From: Epithemia pelagica
Taxonomy: Eukaryota > Protista > Bacillariophyta
Assembly: GCA_946965045.2 (NCBI GenBank)
Contig: OX337232.1
Span: forward strand, 186,001 to 250,000
Length of the DNA stretch: 64,000 nt
Reading direction: 5' to 3'
Shown piece by piece: positions 22,031 to 34,220 of the stretch. Made by a program: the position numbers and the translations under genes. Below the pieces are notes generated by a model, which searched no databases, was not told where the DNA came from, and was given only the letters and a program-made list of their open reading frames with translations. Each line of letters begins with the position of its first letter. Within the stretch, counting starts at the first letter, position 1.

Positions 22031-23957
22031 TTAATAATCTTCTTCCAATTCATCTTCCAGTTCTTGTGCCTTTTCTTCGTCTGTCTTGTCATCATCACCC
22101 TTGCGTCGTCTCGCACTGCCGGAGCGACTGGCCTCCAATTGTTTCTTGTAGGCATCGGGTGGATACCGCATGGCTCGAACGGCATCGTTGTGCGTCGTCA
22201 AACAATAGGCAATGCGTCGGTGAAAGGCTTGCGCCGGTTCCTTGGTTCCATAGACATTTTGCAATTCATGCGATTGCACATATTGTTCTTGATGATGAAT
22301 CGTCGCATCCAAGACACCATCGCGAACGGCCTTGGCCACGACAAATTCGGCCTGTTGCGCATTGGCCAACCCCAATCGCTGTGCGACATCTTGCAAGGAC
22401 AGACGCGAATAACAAGTTTGCAATTTGCGCAAGCCCGCCTTGACAACTTGATGGGCCAGTCGAGAAATGAGGGTAAAGGTTTCATCGGCTTGCAACCGGG
22501 CCTTGTGCTGGGAAACCACCTTGGTAAAGACGGCCAAATCACCCCGACGAACCGCTTGCGTAATGTGCAAATAGGGCTCCAATTCGCCCACTTGATGGCG
22601 ACGTTGCACCGTGGGGTCCTGTGGATCAGTCTTGGTAAAGAAAAAGACGGATCGTTCGGGAATTTCTCCCATGAGCAATTGAACGACAATCAACAAGCGT
22701 TGGACGGCAATCCGAAAGCCCAGAGCTGTATTGGTGGGTGCCTTGCGCAAGGATTGCGTCAAACTGGCATAGGCATTGGTATAATCCAATCGCAAGGCTT
22801 GAATGCGACCACTGTAGTACAAGTATCGACACAATTGGTTGTTATTGTTGAAGGTCGTCGAACTGCTACCACCAGACGAGCTGGTGCCTCCACTTCCATC
22901 TGGCAAGGACGGAAAGGTACTGTTACTCAACAACTTTTGAGCTTGTTCGACTGTTGAAATACCAAAGAGAGGAACCATTTTGTGAGTATTGGTCGTTTTG
23001 CAGAAACAATCTCCTTGTGTTTCGAGGTACTCCATGTAGTAGGTGCTTCGTACCTTGCGAATAATGGAGCAATTCCCGCAACATACAATTGAGCAAGGTG
23101 GCCGATGTGTCCAAATCACGTCGCAAGAGGGCGGCATTGTGGGCCTGAGCCAATTCGGCACGAAAGGCGGCAATGGTTTGCGGTGCTTCTAATGCCTGGG
23201 ACTCGTCTTTATCCAAGACCATCCAAACCAAAAACCGCCACAATCGAGCAATCAACGGATACAAGGAGGCCGACGAGGAGGAAGAATGTTGGACCAATTG
23301 AGTTGCCCAGGCAATGCCGGTACGACAGTGCTGTGTCACTGCCAGGGCAGCATCCTTGTCGTTGTTCGATTGTTGCTGTTGTTGACGCCACAACAAGCGT
23401 ACATACAAACTCCACAACCACACTTGCACTTCCACGGCACTGGTTTGCAAATACTTGGCTGCCTCGTCCTCGGCAAACGTGACTTGCTTGCTAGTGTCTT
23501 GCTCCACCGCCATATTACTGGTATCTTCTTCCGGTAAGGCTTGCAACACGGGCAACAGAGGACTGCTGCTACTACTACTGCTAGTGGACGGATCAAAAAG
23601 GGACCGTGCCGCAGCACCAATATCCGCCACGGTGGCTTGTGCAGCGACACCACTGCTGGTACTCAACCAACGACGCACTCGTTTGGCTGGATTGGAAAAT
23701 TGATAAAACTGTTGCAACATACTTGTCGTCGTCGTGGAAGCAGTGCCTTTGCTGGTACTCGGTTTGGCAGTGCTCGTCACGGTGCTTCCCAACGACTTTT
23801 CCAATCGCCAGGCTGCGGCTTGCAAGGGAGGAAGAGGAGGTGGAACAGCCTCCGTCGTTGTATTAGTAGCCTTGTCGGATTCACTGGGTGAGGATGCATC
23901 CGTCATGGTGGCATCTTCCTTCGTTTTGGTTTCGTCTTCCTGTTTCGATTCCGTCAT
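22031..23957 (-). CDS. RPN3: 26S proteasome regulatory subunit RPN3/PSMD3; two exons (23957-23054, 22950-22031)
   Basis: GT..AG intron 23053-22951 joins YSQ-VEQAQKLLSNSTFP. PCI region CRYLYYSGRIQA, IVVQLLMGEIPER and AKAVRDGVLDATI; C-terminal FHRRIAYCL..HNDAVRAMRYP. Confidence 0.95.
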
Positions 23958-24600
23958 GGGAATAGGTAGGACTTTCTTCTACTGCTGCTTCTGCTGCACA
24001 AGGCTTTCCAGCTGCCAATACTCTTGCAACGACACCAAAGTCTCTCCGTATATCGCAATGGTCCACCAAAATGGATCACAGCGAGAATCCAAACATTGTG
24101 ATGAAGGGAAAAGAGTGCCAAAGATGTGGCAGTACTATCTCCATCACTGTGGTACTGAAAAATAACGATTCTGTAGTATTGTAAGAAGGACAGTACAATC
24201 AAAAGCGACTTTTCAGCGGGTCCCCCTAAAGCTAGCCAATACTACACTATCTTGCTCTAGAGGAGTAGTAGGAGTAAGTTAGCATGTTCGAAGTGGGCTG
24301 TTCCGCATTCCTAGTAAGCCCTCTACAAGGAGCAGATCAGATTCCTGCATTCCAAGGTACGACCATTGGAGACTGTTTGCAGTAATGGTTGGTGGGGATT
24401 TCATTGTCAACATTCGGGATGCTCTGTTCTTTGTGCTCGGGCATGGTGGGCCGTACACGATCCTCTTTGGTTTTGGGTCTTTTCTTGGTTGTGGACGTTG
24501 AAACCCGAGTAAATCCAGGAGACTAACTGGTGACATGGACAGGGACCGTTCCAACACGTTTGCGACTACAATATTCCTGCCGTTCGTGCCTTGACTGATC

Positions 24601-25953
24601 TTACGAGAGCAATCGCAAAAATGGGGACGGGTTCGTCGCTGGTTCGCTGGTGGATTGGGGATATTGGAGCCAATTTGAGGGTGACCATGTGACTCCACAC
24701 CCCCCTTCGACAATGTGCAATTGAAAGGTATGTCGAGGTGCCGATGGACTTGTATTGGGCAAGGACAAGTGATCCAAGGTGCCATAAAATATAAGCAAGT
24801 CACCCGCTTGACATTCCAAGGGCAACCATCCCAGTCTCAATAAATCGTGAGGCGTTGTCGTTTCCAAATCCAGAGAGTCGTAGGAAGCTGTCGGGTAAGA
24901 TGAATCCTTTGTTTCGTTGCTGGGCGCATCGAAATGCTTCATTATCAGCTTTTGAGGTGGGTTGTCTTGTCCAGTGTTGTTCGTTTCGTTGCCCTCGAAA
25001 TAGTCGGGATTTCGGACATATTGGCGTCTCAAGGGTTCTCGATGGGACATGGGACGGACCCATAAGCAACCATTGTCAATTGTAGCATCGTCCAGAGCGA
25101 GCCACAAACCACCACAGGATTGGTAGGGTGTGGTAAACAAAAAGGTGGAATCCTGGTGGGCTTGTACGGCTCCACCGCGAATGGCCTGTTTGAAAATGTA
25201 CATGCTTTGTGGTACGACTGGATCACGCCAACACGATGAACCAAGCTCCTCGCCGAGCAAAGATCGAAGCTTGTCGGAAGTACAATACCGATAAAAGGGA
25301 TTTTGTTCGTCGTCGTCGTCATCATCGTTTGATGGAGTGCCGTCGAATTGCTCCAGTGGCTCACCATCGGATCGTTCCGCTCCTCTCATACGGCCAGGCA
25401 AATGCAAGGCATGTCCGACCTTGTTGAGAGCTGTAATTTTGTTGTCGTTGGTAAACTCGGGCAAGAGTGTCGTTGCTCCACTGCCATTCTCTTCCTCCTC
25501 TGGAACCAAGGCGGATGGTTCGGCAAAGAAATGAATCCGGTTGGAACTATCCAAAAAGTAATCTCCCCGCTGCTCATTTTGTTGATTGGAGGTTCCAAAG
25601 GCCTCAATGGGAGAATCCGCATGACTGCTGCTGGTGCTGGAGTTCTTGGATGAGGATAGGGGAGGATGCCATTGAGTTTCCACCAATCGATGCATGTAGG
25701 ACTTCATTTCGTCACATTCGGTTTGGGAACAAAAGCCAGGCTTGTGCAAAAAGCCCGTGTAGTTGAGAAACCAACTAGAGCGAGGACTGCTTGAGGACTC
25801 GTTGGACTGTTGATGATCTTTGTTTGGTTGCTGTGGATGGAACATCCATGGTTCGGGAGCCTCGTCCAGCGATGCCACAGCATTTGCCAATTCTTGCAAA
25901 CGACGTTGCGCTTCTTGCCGAATCCACTCTTTTGAATCTTCCGTCTTGGTCAT
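24601..25953 (-). CDS. PHYHD1: PHYHD1-like dioxygenase, copy 2
   Basis: Near-identical paralog of 15913-17337 with the same HQD...H motifs. Homologous ATG is at 25953. Confidence 0.88.
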   Translation of the reverse strand: MTKTEDSKEWIRQEAQRRLQELANAVASLDEAPEPWMFHPQQPNKDHQQSNESSSSPRSSWFLNYTGFLHKPGFCSQTECDEMKSYMHRLVETQWHPPLSSSKNSSTSSSHADSPIEAFGTSNQQNEQRGDYFLDSSNRIHFFAEPSALVPEEEENGSGATTLLPEFTNDNKITALNKVGHALHLPGRMRGAERSDGEPLEQFDGTPSNDDDDDDEQNPFYRYCTSDKLRSLLGEELGSSCWRDPVVPQSMYIFKQAIRGGAVQAHQDSTFLFTTPYQSCGGLWLALDDATIDNGCLWVRPMSHREPLRRQYVRNPDYFEGNETNNTGQDNPPQKLIMKHFDAPSNETKDSSYPTASYDSLDLETTTPHDLLRLGWLPLECQAGDLLIFYGTLDHLSLPNTSPSAPRHTFQLHIVEGGCGVTWSPSNWLQYPQSTSEPATNPSPFLRLLS

Positions 25954-27358
25954 TTTCGGACCTTTGAAGTTGGAAATCAACGGGCGTTACAGGCACCAAG
26001 CTCCTTCCGAATCCGACGAGGATTGTTGTTCTTAGACTTAGAAAAGTTCTTGCAACAGAACCAATCCAACAAGTCCGATGGAACAAACTTGGATATTACG
26101 TGAAATGAACTTGCGGTGAGGAGGACGAATGCCTGTCTGGGACAGTTCTCGTTGGTGCCTTGCTCTGCTGCTTCACTTTTCCGTCGTCGTCGAAAGAACC
26201 GGTCCAAATGTTGGAGCGTAGCTATGGAGCTACGTATGCTATGTCGTGAGCTCAGAAGATCTTTCATAACCACGACCGATCCACGACCCGTGGTGTCACC
26301 GTCCGATCCGGAAAGAACGCGTATCGGTCGCTGTTGAACAGAATCTCTCCCTCCAACAATGAGACGCACGAGTGATGTGGTCCATGCCCAACATCCGATT
26401 TCAGCATCCATCATTGCGTCCATGGTGACACCAACAAGAACCCGACCGTATGAATGTGAGGGGGTCGTCATTCTCAGGCGATTCGTAAAAGACCACGTCG
26501 CTCCAATGGGTGGTGAAACATCACGACCACGCGATCTCCGAAAAGGATGACACACAGGTCTGATGGATAATCCAACATTTCATGACGCACCGTTGTTCAG
26601 GGCATGGGTTCGGATTGTTGAAAAACGGTGGCAAGAACCCTGTCCACTTGTTCGCTGTTATCCTTTTGTAAAAATGATTGCATCGAATGCGAAAAGGTTT
26701 TTTGGTCTGGTGACCACAACGAAACGAAATGAGGAAAGCGGTAGAATGGGATTGTGATGTGGGAAGTTCTCGCTCATGGTGGGTTGTCGGTAGACGTGGA
26801 GTTTTGCAGTGAATGTGGCAATCGATTCTCGTTCCTGTTGTCCATGGTTCCCAATTCCCAATTCAACGAGTGGCGATGCCCATCACCAGCAGAGATTCTA
26901 TGGAAGGAAGATACTACGGGCTGATTGCCATTCTCAATGTGACAATTCCATGAAGACTGCTGAACCTTGAGGAGCACCAGTGAATGGACGGTAAGTGAGC
27001 TTGTTTGTCGCAAGTCCATGGTTGAGTTTTTGCGGTGAGCGAGGTTTCTATAACTACCCCGTCTATCTTACATGTGATGTGGTTCATCTTTTATATTTTA
27101 AACTAGGGAGGATGTGCAACCTCTTGATACTTTCATTTCCGATTCAAAGTCCCCATCCTTCTGCAAGAAAAGACACGAAACATACACACGCATGGTATAG
27201 AGTTCACCCTGTCTGCCGGCGGGAGTGAAGAATGGCACTGGTTTTGGTTCGTCTCTGCTACTACTACTGCCACACCATGTGAAATCGGAAGGAATGGGCA
27301 TTTACCGGATAGATGGATGGTGGTTGGATATTCATTTGCCCTTGTTCGTGCCGTCCGT

Positions 27359-28717
27359 TTATTTCATTCCACAAGGAAGGAACAACGGTTCAACCGCGTT
27401 CTTAGCTTCCTCGCCTGTATTGTCCAAGTCCAAGTTCATGATCCACAAGAGCGGGTCCAGCATTACACCATTAGGGCTCGTGTTGAGACTCTCGATAGGA
27501 CAGGAAGACTCTTCGAGCAGAAGTGGAAGTGTTCCTTGGCACAATGAAGGTCCTGCTGCCGCAAGTTTCTTGTCTTCGTGCTCATCGTCCTTCTGGAACA
27601 ACTTGGTGATCTCTTTGCTTTCCATCCCAGATGTATCTATCATCTCAAGATCGGCGGGGGAAATAATGTCTTCAAAGATTTCCTTATTGTTCTTGGTGCC
27701 GTTTGCCTCAGTCGCTGACGAGAGCATAGAACCGGAGGCAAGGTCAACATCCTCAGGAGAGAGAGTGACTTGGCATCCTTTGGATTCAGTTTCTTTGGGG
27801 TTCATAAGGGCAATTTCCTGGACCTGGTCCAAAATCTGAGCAAGTGGAGTACGGCAAGCAGCTCGTAACAGCGCTTAAATGGATGTTTCACGACTACCAG
27901 TGGCAATTGGAAACAATCCATTCGTAGAGCAACGGTGGGGTGACCTCATGGATGGCATTCGAGGGAACCACATCTCTTGGAGGGAAGAGGTCGTGCATGA
28001 AGAAGAAGACAAAGGGGTTTCAACCGGGAAGTTCTGTTCTTGTTTACTTCTTGGGGTCGTCTTCTCAGGAGATTTCACCGCAGTGCCTGTTGTCAGATCC
28101 TTTACTTTGCTGGACACAAACATAGACCCACCTGCCAGTTCTTCTTCTGGAGAATGATGATTCTTGTTCTCATCTTCCTTGAGGAGGATTTTCACTCCCT
28201 TATACTTTGCCTTTTCTTCGAGTGGGACGCGCTGAACGGTCGTGTCCTTTGGATCGAATGTTGGTTTCTTGTCCTTCTTCTTCGAAACGGGAGCATCAGC
28301 ACTCTCACGATGTTTCCTCTTCCGGTTCTTCTTTTTGGCTTCCTTCTCGAGTTTCCTCCAGACTGTAATCTCGGCCGTGTATCGAATCTTGTCCTTGGCC
28401 GCAAGATCCAAGTAAACTTGGCGCTGAATCTCGCTAATTAGTTTCCACCGGGCAGAGACTTCCCGTGCCATGGCCGAAAAACCAATCCTGGGTGCAGATG
28501 AAATTTCTTCGGATTCGTTGTTCTTCTGTTCCCAAAGATACTCTTGTTCCTGGAGCATCTGCCTACGCTGCTCTCGAAAGAAAAAGTTGCAAGCTGTGAG
28601 GGACCGCTTTGGTTTCACTAACGAACCCTCATCGTCAATCAAGATTTTCACTCCGTCTTCCATGTAGTATTTCGCGGCATGACAGCCGGTCGATTCGATT
28701 GTCTCCATCTTAGCCAT
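27359..28717 (-). pseudogene. HMG-box paralog 3 with an in-frame premature TAA
   Basis: HMG box KPKRSLTACNFFF..RYTAEITVW. TAA at 27877-27875 splits one frame into the 280-aa and 157-aa ORFs. Downstream of the stop are the family motifs CRTPLAQILDQ and EDIISPADLEMID. Confidence 0.7.
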
Positions 28718-29378
28718 TGAGAGAACCTCTATTGTTCCTCCCTCTTGCTGCTGCTTCTCCGATTGTGTGTCCTTCCTAGTCCTTTTCTAAGTTGTTCATG
28801 AATCAAGTTTGGATTTATTTCTGGTCCAACCAAATATCAAATACCTACAACGTGAAATAATAAATGATACGAGTAGGGAGTAGCTTCTACTAAGTCGTCT
28901 TTTTTACTCGTACTCTTACTCATTACTTATATCACTAATGAGAACGAAGAACAAAGAGGCCTTTCTGACTTGTTACCAGATGATAGTACTCACTACTCAC
29001 TCCATACTACTGGTAGATCAAAGATAATACATCATAAATAATCACAGACTATAGACTACTACGAAATACGAAATAATACAAGGCCTGACACCTGATATCC
29101 TTAACGCCAATCGTAAAGAACAGGTTTTAAGCTTATGCGAGCAGCATATAGGTGTCTCCCATAAATTTTATCGGAGTCAACGTGCTGCTCGAAGTGCTGT
29201 CTCCCTTATTAAAACAGTAAAGCAAGCTGTGTTAAGCAATGACACCTGTGTCATTTTTTCCCTCATTCATCGCGTCCAAGGTCACTCATTCATGAATGAT
29301 ACCAAAGCAATCTATTGTTACTTCTATTCCTTACTCGTCTACTGGCATTCCGTCAACACCGCCTCCCAACCGAAGATC

Positions 29379-30035
29379 ATGAATGGTAAGTGCGCGGATT
29401 ATTTCATACAGGAATCCAACCCATCAAGTGTTTCTTGTTTCCATTCACCCCTCTAATCTTTTCTGTGCAAAAATGCAGGTCTCATTGAGTCGATCGAAGT
29501 TGCAGAGATGCATCTTGAACCTGAAGACAACAATCAATCAAACACTGTTGTGATGGTCCCTTTCACTCTCCAGAAACCCCGAGTGCTAGTTACAGGAGAA
29601 AAGGGCAGTGTCATTGACGAGACCGCTGAAGCTACTGAGACTAGATATCTGCCCGAACAATACGCTTGTCCTGAAAGCATCAGTACAATTCTCCACGAAC
29701 TCAACCACAATACGCCTCCCTCCCAAACTCACGGATACATGCATTGGGAGAATGTTTGCGGAGTCTGTCAACAAAATCCCTGCGTTATTGTCGACAATCT
29801 TCCTTACCTTCATGAAATCGCAATGCATATGAAGAAAAAAGGTGAATCGAATCGCAGTATTCGATATCAATTGTATCGCCGCTTGTCGAACAAGCTTCAC
29901 GGCCCCCTTGGACGCGGCCACCGTGTACAACTTCCTGATTGTTTGGTTGATTTTGTTCGCGAAAACTTCCCCAACGAGAACCCAGATGAACAGTACGTTG
30001 GCTTTCGCGAAGGTCCTATCAATCACGACGAGTAA
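29379..30035 (+). CDS. P2X7 C-terminal (cytoplasmic ballast)-like small protein carried in the piggyBac; exons 29379-29385 and 29479-30035
   Basis: NRSIRYQLYRR..LHGPLGRGHRVQLPDCLVDFVRENFP..YVGF, preceded by CGVC..PC. A gtaagt..cag intron (29386-29478) joins ATG AAT G in frame. Confidence 0.75.
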
Positions 30036-30100
30036 TCAAGCACTAAGAGACTAGCGTCAAAGTGGGTAATATTCTCTTATTTAGATTATTCAATTCTCTT

Positions 30101-33100
30101 CTACACTTCATATATTTCTCTACTTTCGTCAGTACTTTCATTGTCACCATCATTGTTGTCATCGTCTTCTTCTGTATCATTCCGTTCGTGGTTCCTGCGC
30201 TTTCTTTTCCTTGTCCACTCTGGAGGCAACCCGTGTTTCTCGCGTAGATTCATTATGATTGGATGATTCTTCTTTGTTGTGTATTTGTATCGAGCTCCCG
30301 GAGATGACGCTGGTCGACACATGAACATTTCTCTTCCATTGGTCGAATGGAGAATCTCGAAGCATGTGAGATCAGTGAATTGAGGTAGTTGGTGGATCTT
30401 CCATCCATCTTCTCTTTCGTCCTTGCATGATACCAAATGGGCAACAATCCCACACTTGGCACATTGACCCACGTTGGTAAAAATGCCTTTCATACCGAGC
30501 TCTTTGCGTTTCCAACGATATTCCAACAAACATATGGCGCATGCAACTCGTCTGTTACCTTCCAATGGGATGGGATAGTGTCCATCTTCACACGTTCGTT
30601 CCCTTGTTGCAGTAGTCCTCCTTGCCAAAGCGTCTACTTCCTCTGTGTGGACATAGCTGCACATTGCTTGTGCGACACAGGTGTAGAATGCATGCCGCGT
30701 GAGCTTCGTGCGTCGAGCGCGGACACGGTCTCCAGCGGACATGTTCCATCCGATGTAGGCATTTAAAAGCATAACATCCATTATGCCTAAACCAGTCTTT
30801 TTGTACCACTTTTTGAAATGCCCATGGGTGGCAAAACCGCCAAAATGTTGTCGCATCTGGTCCCCTTCATCTATCCCCCCCATTGTCTCTTGATACCGAA
30901 TGAGAACTATAGGGCAATTGAATACCTCTTTGTTGGGTCCAACTTGTCGTTCTACCTGTCCTTTGCCATTATTTTCATAACTCGATGCAAAATTTACCAC
31001 TTTCGAGTCCACCCATTGCCCAATGATGATTCCATTCACTTTGTCGTGTGCCAGGTGGATTGTTCCTCGGTTAGTTTTTGTCTTCTTTAGTTGCATCAGT
31101 CTCTTGTTCTACCCAACTCTGTTTGAACGTACTGTACCTGTCGCGAGGATTTTCAGACGATCACGAAGAATAACCAGTAATTGGGGCGCTGCATATCTAT
31201 TGTCCATTGCCAAATGACGGAATCCGTTGGTTTCCTTATGCAACTCCAACGCATAACATGCGTTTACCACAGCCTTCATCGTTGTAGGAAGTTTCTTGGC
31301 CTCCTCTCGTATATAAGAGTTGGTAGCATTTTTTCCTTGATATACGTCAAGGTGGAGAATCGCGTAGGACCTGGAAGAAGCGAGAATGAAGAAGTCTACA
31401 CGAAATTTTTGCGGCTTGTCCTTGTTGTACTGCCTAACAGGGCAGTACCGGGAGCGACAGCCAATTCCACCTTCATCAAAAGCCAAATCTTGAGGAATCC
31501 GAAATGATCTCTTGGAAGCAGCGTTAACAGCTTGAATGAGTTTCCGAAGCTGGTAGCACTTGTCACCGCCCCTTGCAGCACCTTTGTTCTCAAAGTGAAA
31601 GGCTCCTCTTATCTGACGGAATCTGGCCAACCTCATGTATCTCGAAGCCCATCCTTCACTATCGAGAATCTCTACAGAGGGAAGAGCAGTTCCCAGACTG
31701 TACATACGGTTTGAGGTCTGAAAATAAGAGGCATAGCCTCCACCATCCACTGGCCGGAGTGACATCATTAGGACGATGCCGAGGAACCTCGTCATTTCTT
31801 GTGCCGTGACATCCTTCCATTTTTGGGAATGATAATAACCTCGGCGCCCCATCAAACGCGGACGGATTTTCTGGTGAAAGTACTGATTAGTTGCGGCAGC
31901 CATATCGGAAATCAATGAATTCGACAATCCACCAATAACACGGATACAATCTAGTGGAGTATGGAACTCATCCGCTACTCCAGCTTTCAGACCGTCTTCT
32001 CCACGAAACATTGACCTGTTATGACGTTCCTTGCCAATCCACGACAACATATTGGTAGACGCATCAACCTCTTTGTAGTGAAAGTGCAAGTTGTCGATCA
32101 GTACTTTGAGATTTGTTGAATTGTTGGGGTCTTCGTCGTCCGAAACCGAGTCTGTTGATTCTCCATCATCTTTTTGTGTATTGTCTTGGGCAGAATCGTT
32201 GTCATCGCTTTGACAATAATCATCCAATGGATTCTGTGACCTTTGCACGGTATCGTTGAAGTCCAGCTCAAAACCACCGTCGGCATCTTCATCTGAAGAA
32301 GATCCGTTGTCGTCAATGTCATCATTTGCTCTAGCGTTATTTTGCTGTTGTTGTTGTCGACGAGTGGTGACAGTAGGGATGACAGCCATTTCTATGGAGT
32401 TGTTGTTTGGTTGAAGTTGTTGAGCCGCAGTATCAGTTGTCCCTGTCGAGTCTCTTGTATTGGAAGTACCAAAAAGACGTGTGGCAACTTGGTTGATTGG
32501 AGTGTGATTGTTATCTTCATCTCCAGTTGCTGCCTCAAAGTTATTCATTGCTGGAGAGGGTTCACCTCGTGGGGCAGTCATCAAAGTGGCTCGACCCTGT
32601 GCTCGCTCTTGAGTGGACGGTGGATTGGATCGTGTCCGACGATTGGAATGCCGCAAAGATGAATTGCTAGCATTCCTTAGGGCGTCTCTTCTTCGTGCTC
32701 GTTCTGTTGTGGGAGGAGGTGGTGGTGGTGCTCTTGCTGTGTTGCCGCGTCGAGGCGATCGTCGTAGTGCAGGTGACTGTGTGTTGCCGCGTCGAGGCGA
32801 TCGTCGTAGTGCAGGTGACTGTGTGACGTTGTTGCTGCCACCATGAGCCTCGGAAACTTGACTTTGTTGTTGTTGCTGTTGTGTTGCAGATGGTTCACCA
32901 TTTGGCCTGTATGCTTCAATGTACTGACGAAGCCTCTCTTTCACTGTTTTCGTTGATATGAATTGAGACTTGATCCAGTTCTGAGGGACTTGCATAGTAC
33001 TAATCGTACCGTTGTCCCAGATAATGGAATAAGCATTGCCATTTTTCTTTGACGGGCACTCCATGATTTTTCCGACTACACGAACAGGATTGTCAGTTTC

Positions 33101-33607
33101 ATTTGGACGAAAGCGCCGTAGAAAATCTTGGTAGAAGTTATCATGGATCCAAAATTCGTCTGGAGCAACAAGAAAGCGCTTGGCATACGAAAACCGCGAT
33201 CGCTGGTGGTTGTTGCCAGGTGGACGTCGAGGACGATCGTGTGTCTGTGTTGTTTCGGTAGCGACGCCTCCCGGACGGGCAACGTTGGAACCCGATTCTG
33301 TTCCATGTCCGCGTGTTGCTGTTGTTGTAGTAGTTGTAGGTGCAACGTTGGTGGATGAATCCATTGCTTCCGAATTGCGGGGTGGAGGTGCGACAGTATT
33401 GTTGGCGATTGCTTCAAACGGTGGTGGTGGTTGGGGGGGAACACCAAAGGCTGCCTCTGTTACTAAGGCATTGCCAACAGATTGTTCGGGAAGTTGGGCG
33501 GTATCTTCGGTGACATGGTCAATATCTGGTTCGATGAGCGGTTGCGACATATTCGGTTGTCCTGACTCTTGGTCCTCGTTCTCCGCAGGTACAGCTGCAG
33601 ACGACAT
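30101..33607 (-). pseudogene. piggyBac transposase (DDD type) with one in-frame TAG
   Basis: FDEGGIGCRSRYCPVRQYNKDKPQKF, MDNRY, GTVRSNRVG*, QWVDSKVV, YQETMGGIDEGDQ, KKWYKK and a Cys-rich C-terminus. Both ORFs share one frame across TAG 31111-31109. Confidence 0.9.
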
Positions 33608-34019
33608 TGCATTTGGTGGACGTCTTCTTCACTATATGGACCGTCGGAATGGAGAATCCTGCAACGATCGGCCCAAATGGTAGATATGTATAAGAGTACA
33701 AAGTTGGGCCATGGGCGAAGGATGATCAAAATGAACAGAAATGAGGAAAATCGCCAATTTTTCAAAGCAAAATATCATGCTATTGACTGTGTATATACTG
33801 TAGACTATCATATATGAAGTTGTTCGGAATTCCAAGAACTTTCGAACGATGAAGTCAGATCTGCATGAAATTAAAGTTTCAGGAAGTTATACCAAGTGGA
33901 AGTTAAGGGAGTAGCGTATAGGCTGCTCCCATATATGGGAGTAGCGTATACGCTGCTCGCTTACGATTGGCGTTAATCCTGATAACTATGGAGTCAAGAG
34001 GTCAAGGATCAAGGTTACA

Positions 34020-34141
34020 ATACGAGTAAGAGATGGTAGATGATAGATGATAGATGATGGTAGATGGTCATGGTCGGTGGTCGGTGGTCGGTGGTCGGTG
34101 GTCGGCCTCACCACTCACCACTCACCCTCACCACTCACCAT
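34020..34141. repeat. Compound microsatellite (GATAGAT / GGTCGGT / CACCACT 7-mers)
   Basis: Consecutive short tandem runs just outside the piggyBac end. Confidence 0.8.
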
Positions 34142-34220
34142 CAGGGTTGTGTAGTCATGACATATTGAATTCTTCATGACTAGCTGACTATTAGTCAGGA
34201 AAATATCTAGTAGCTACTTT

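Larger units (their letters stand above)
29105..33972 (-). mobile_element. piggyBac-like DNA transposon, 4.87 kb, TTAA target duplication
   Basis: TTAA-CGCCAATCGTAA at 29101 and TTACGATTGGCG-TTAA ending at 33976, with further inverted similarity (GCGAGCAGC.TATA). Encloses the transposase and a second gene. Confidence 0.9.

Noticed and set aside
21929-22957. 342-aa plus-strand ORF, and similar long antisense ORFs at 7824-8882, 53179-54150, 55113-55874 and 59115-60218
   Set aside because: Shadow ORFs opposite well-supported genes, explained by codon bias and low complexity.
29379-30035. A P2X receptor gene
   Set aside because: No transmembrane helices or ectodomain; only the C-terminal-like module is present.
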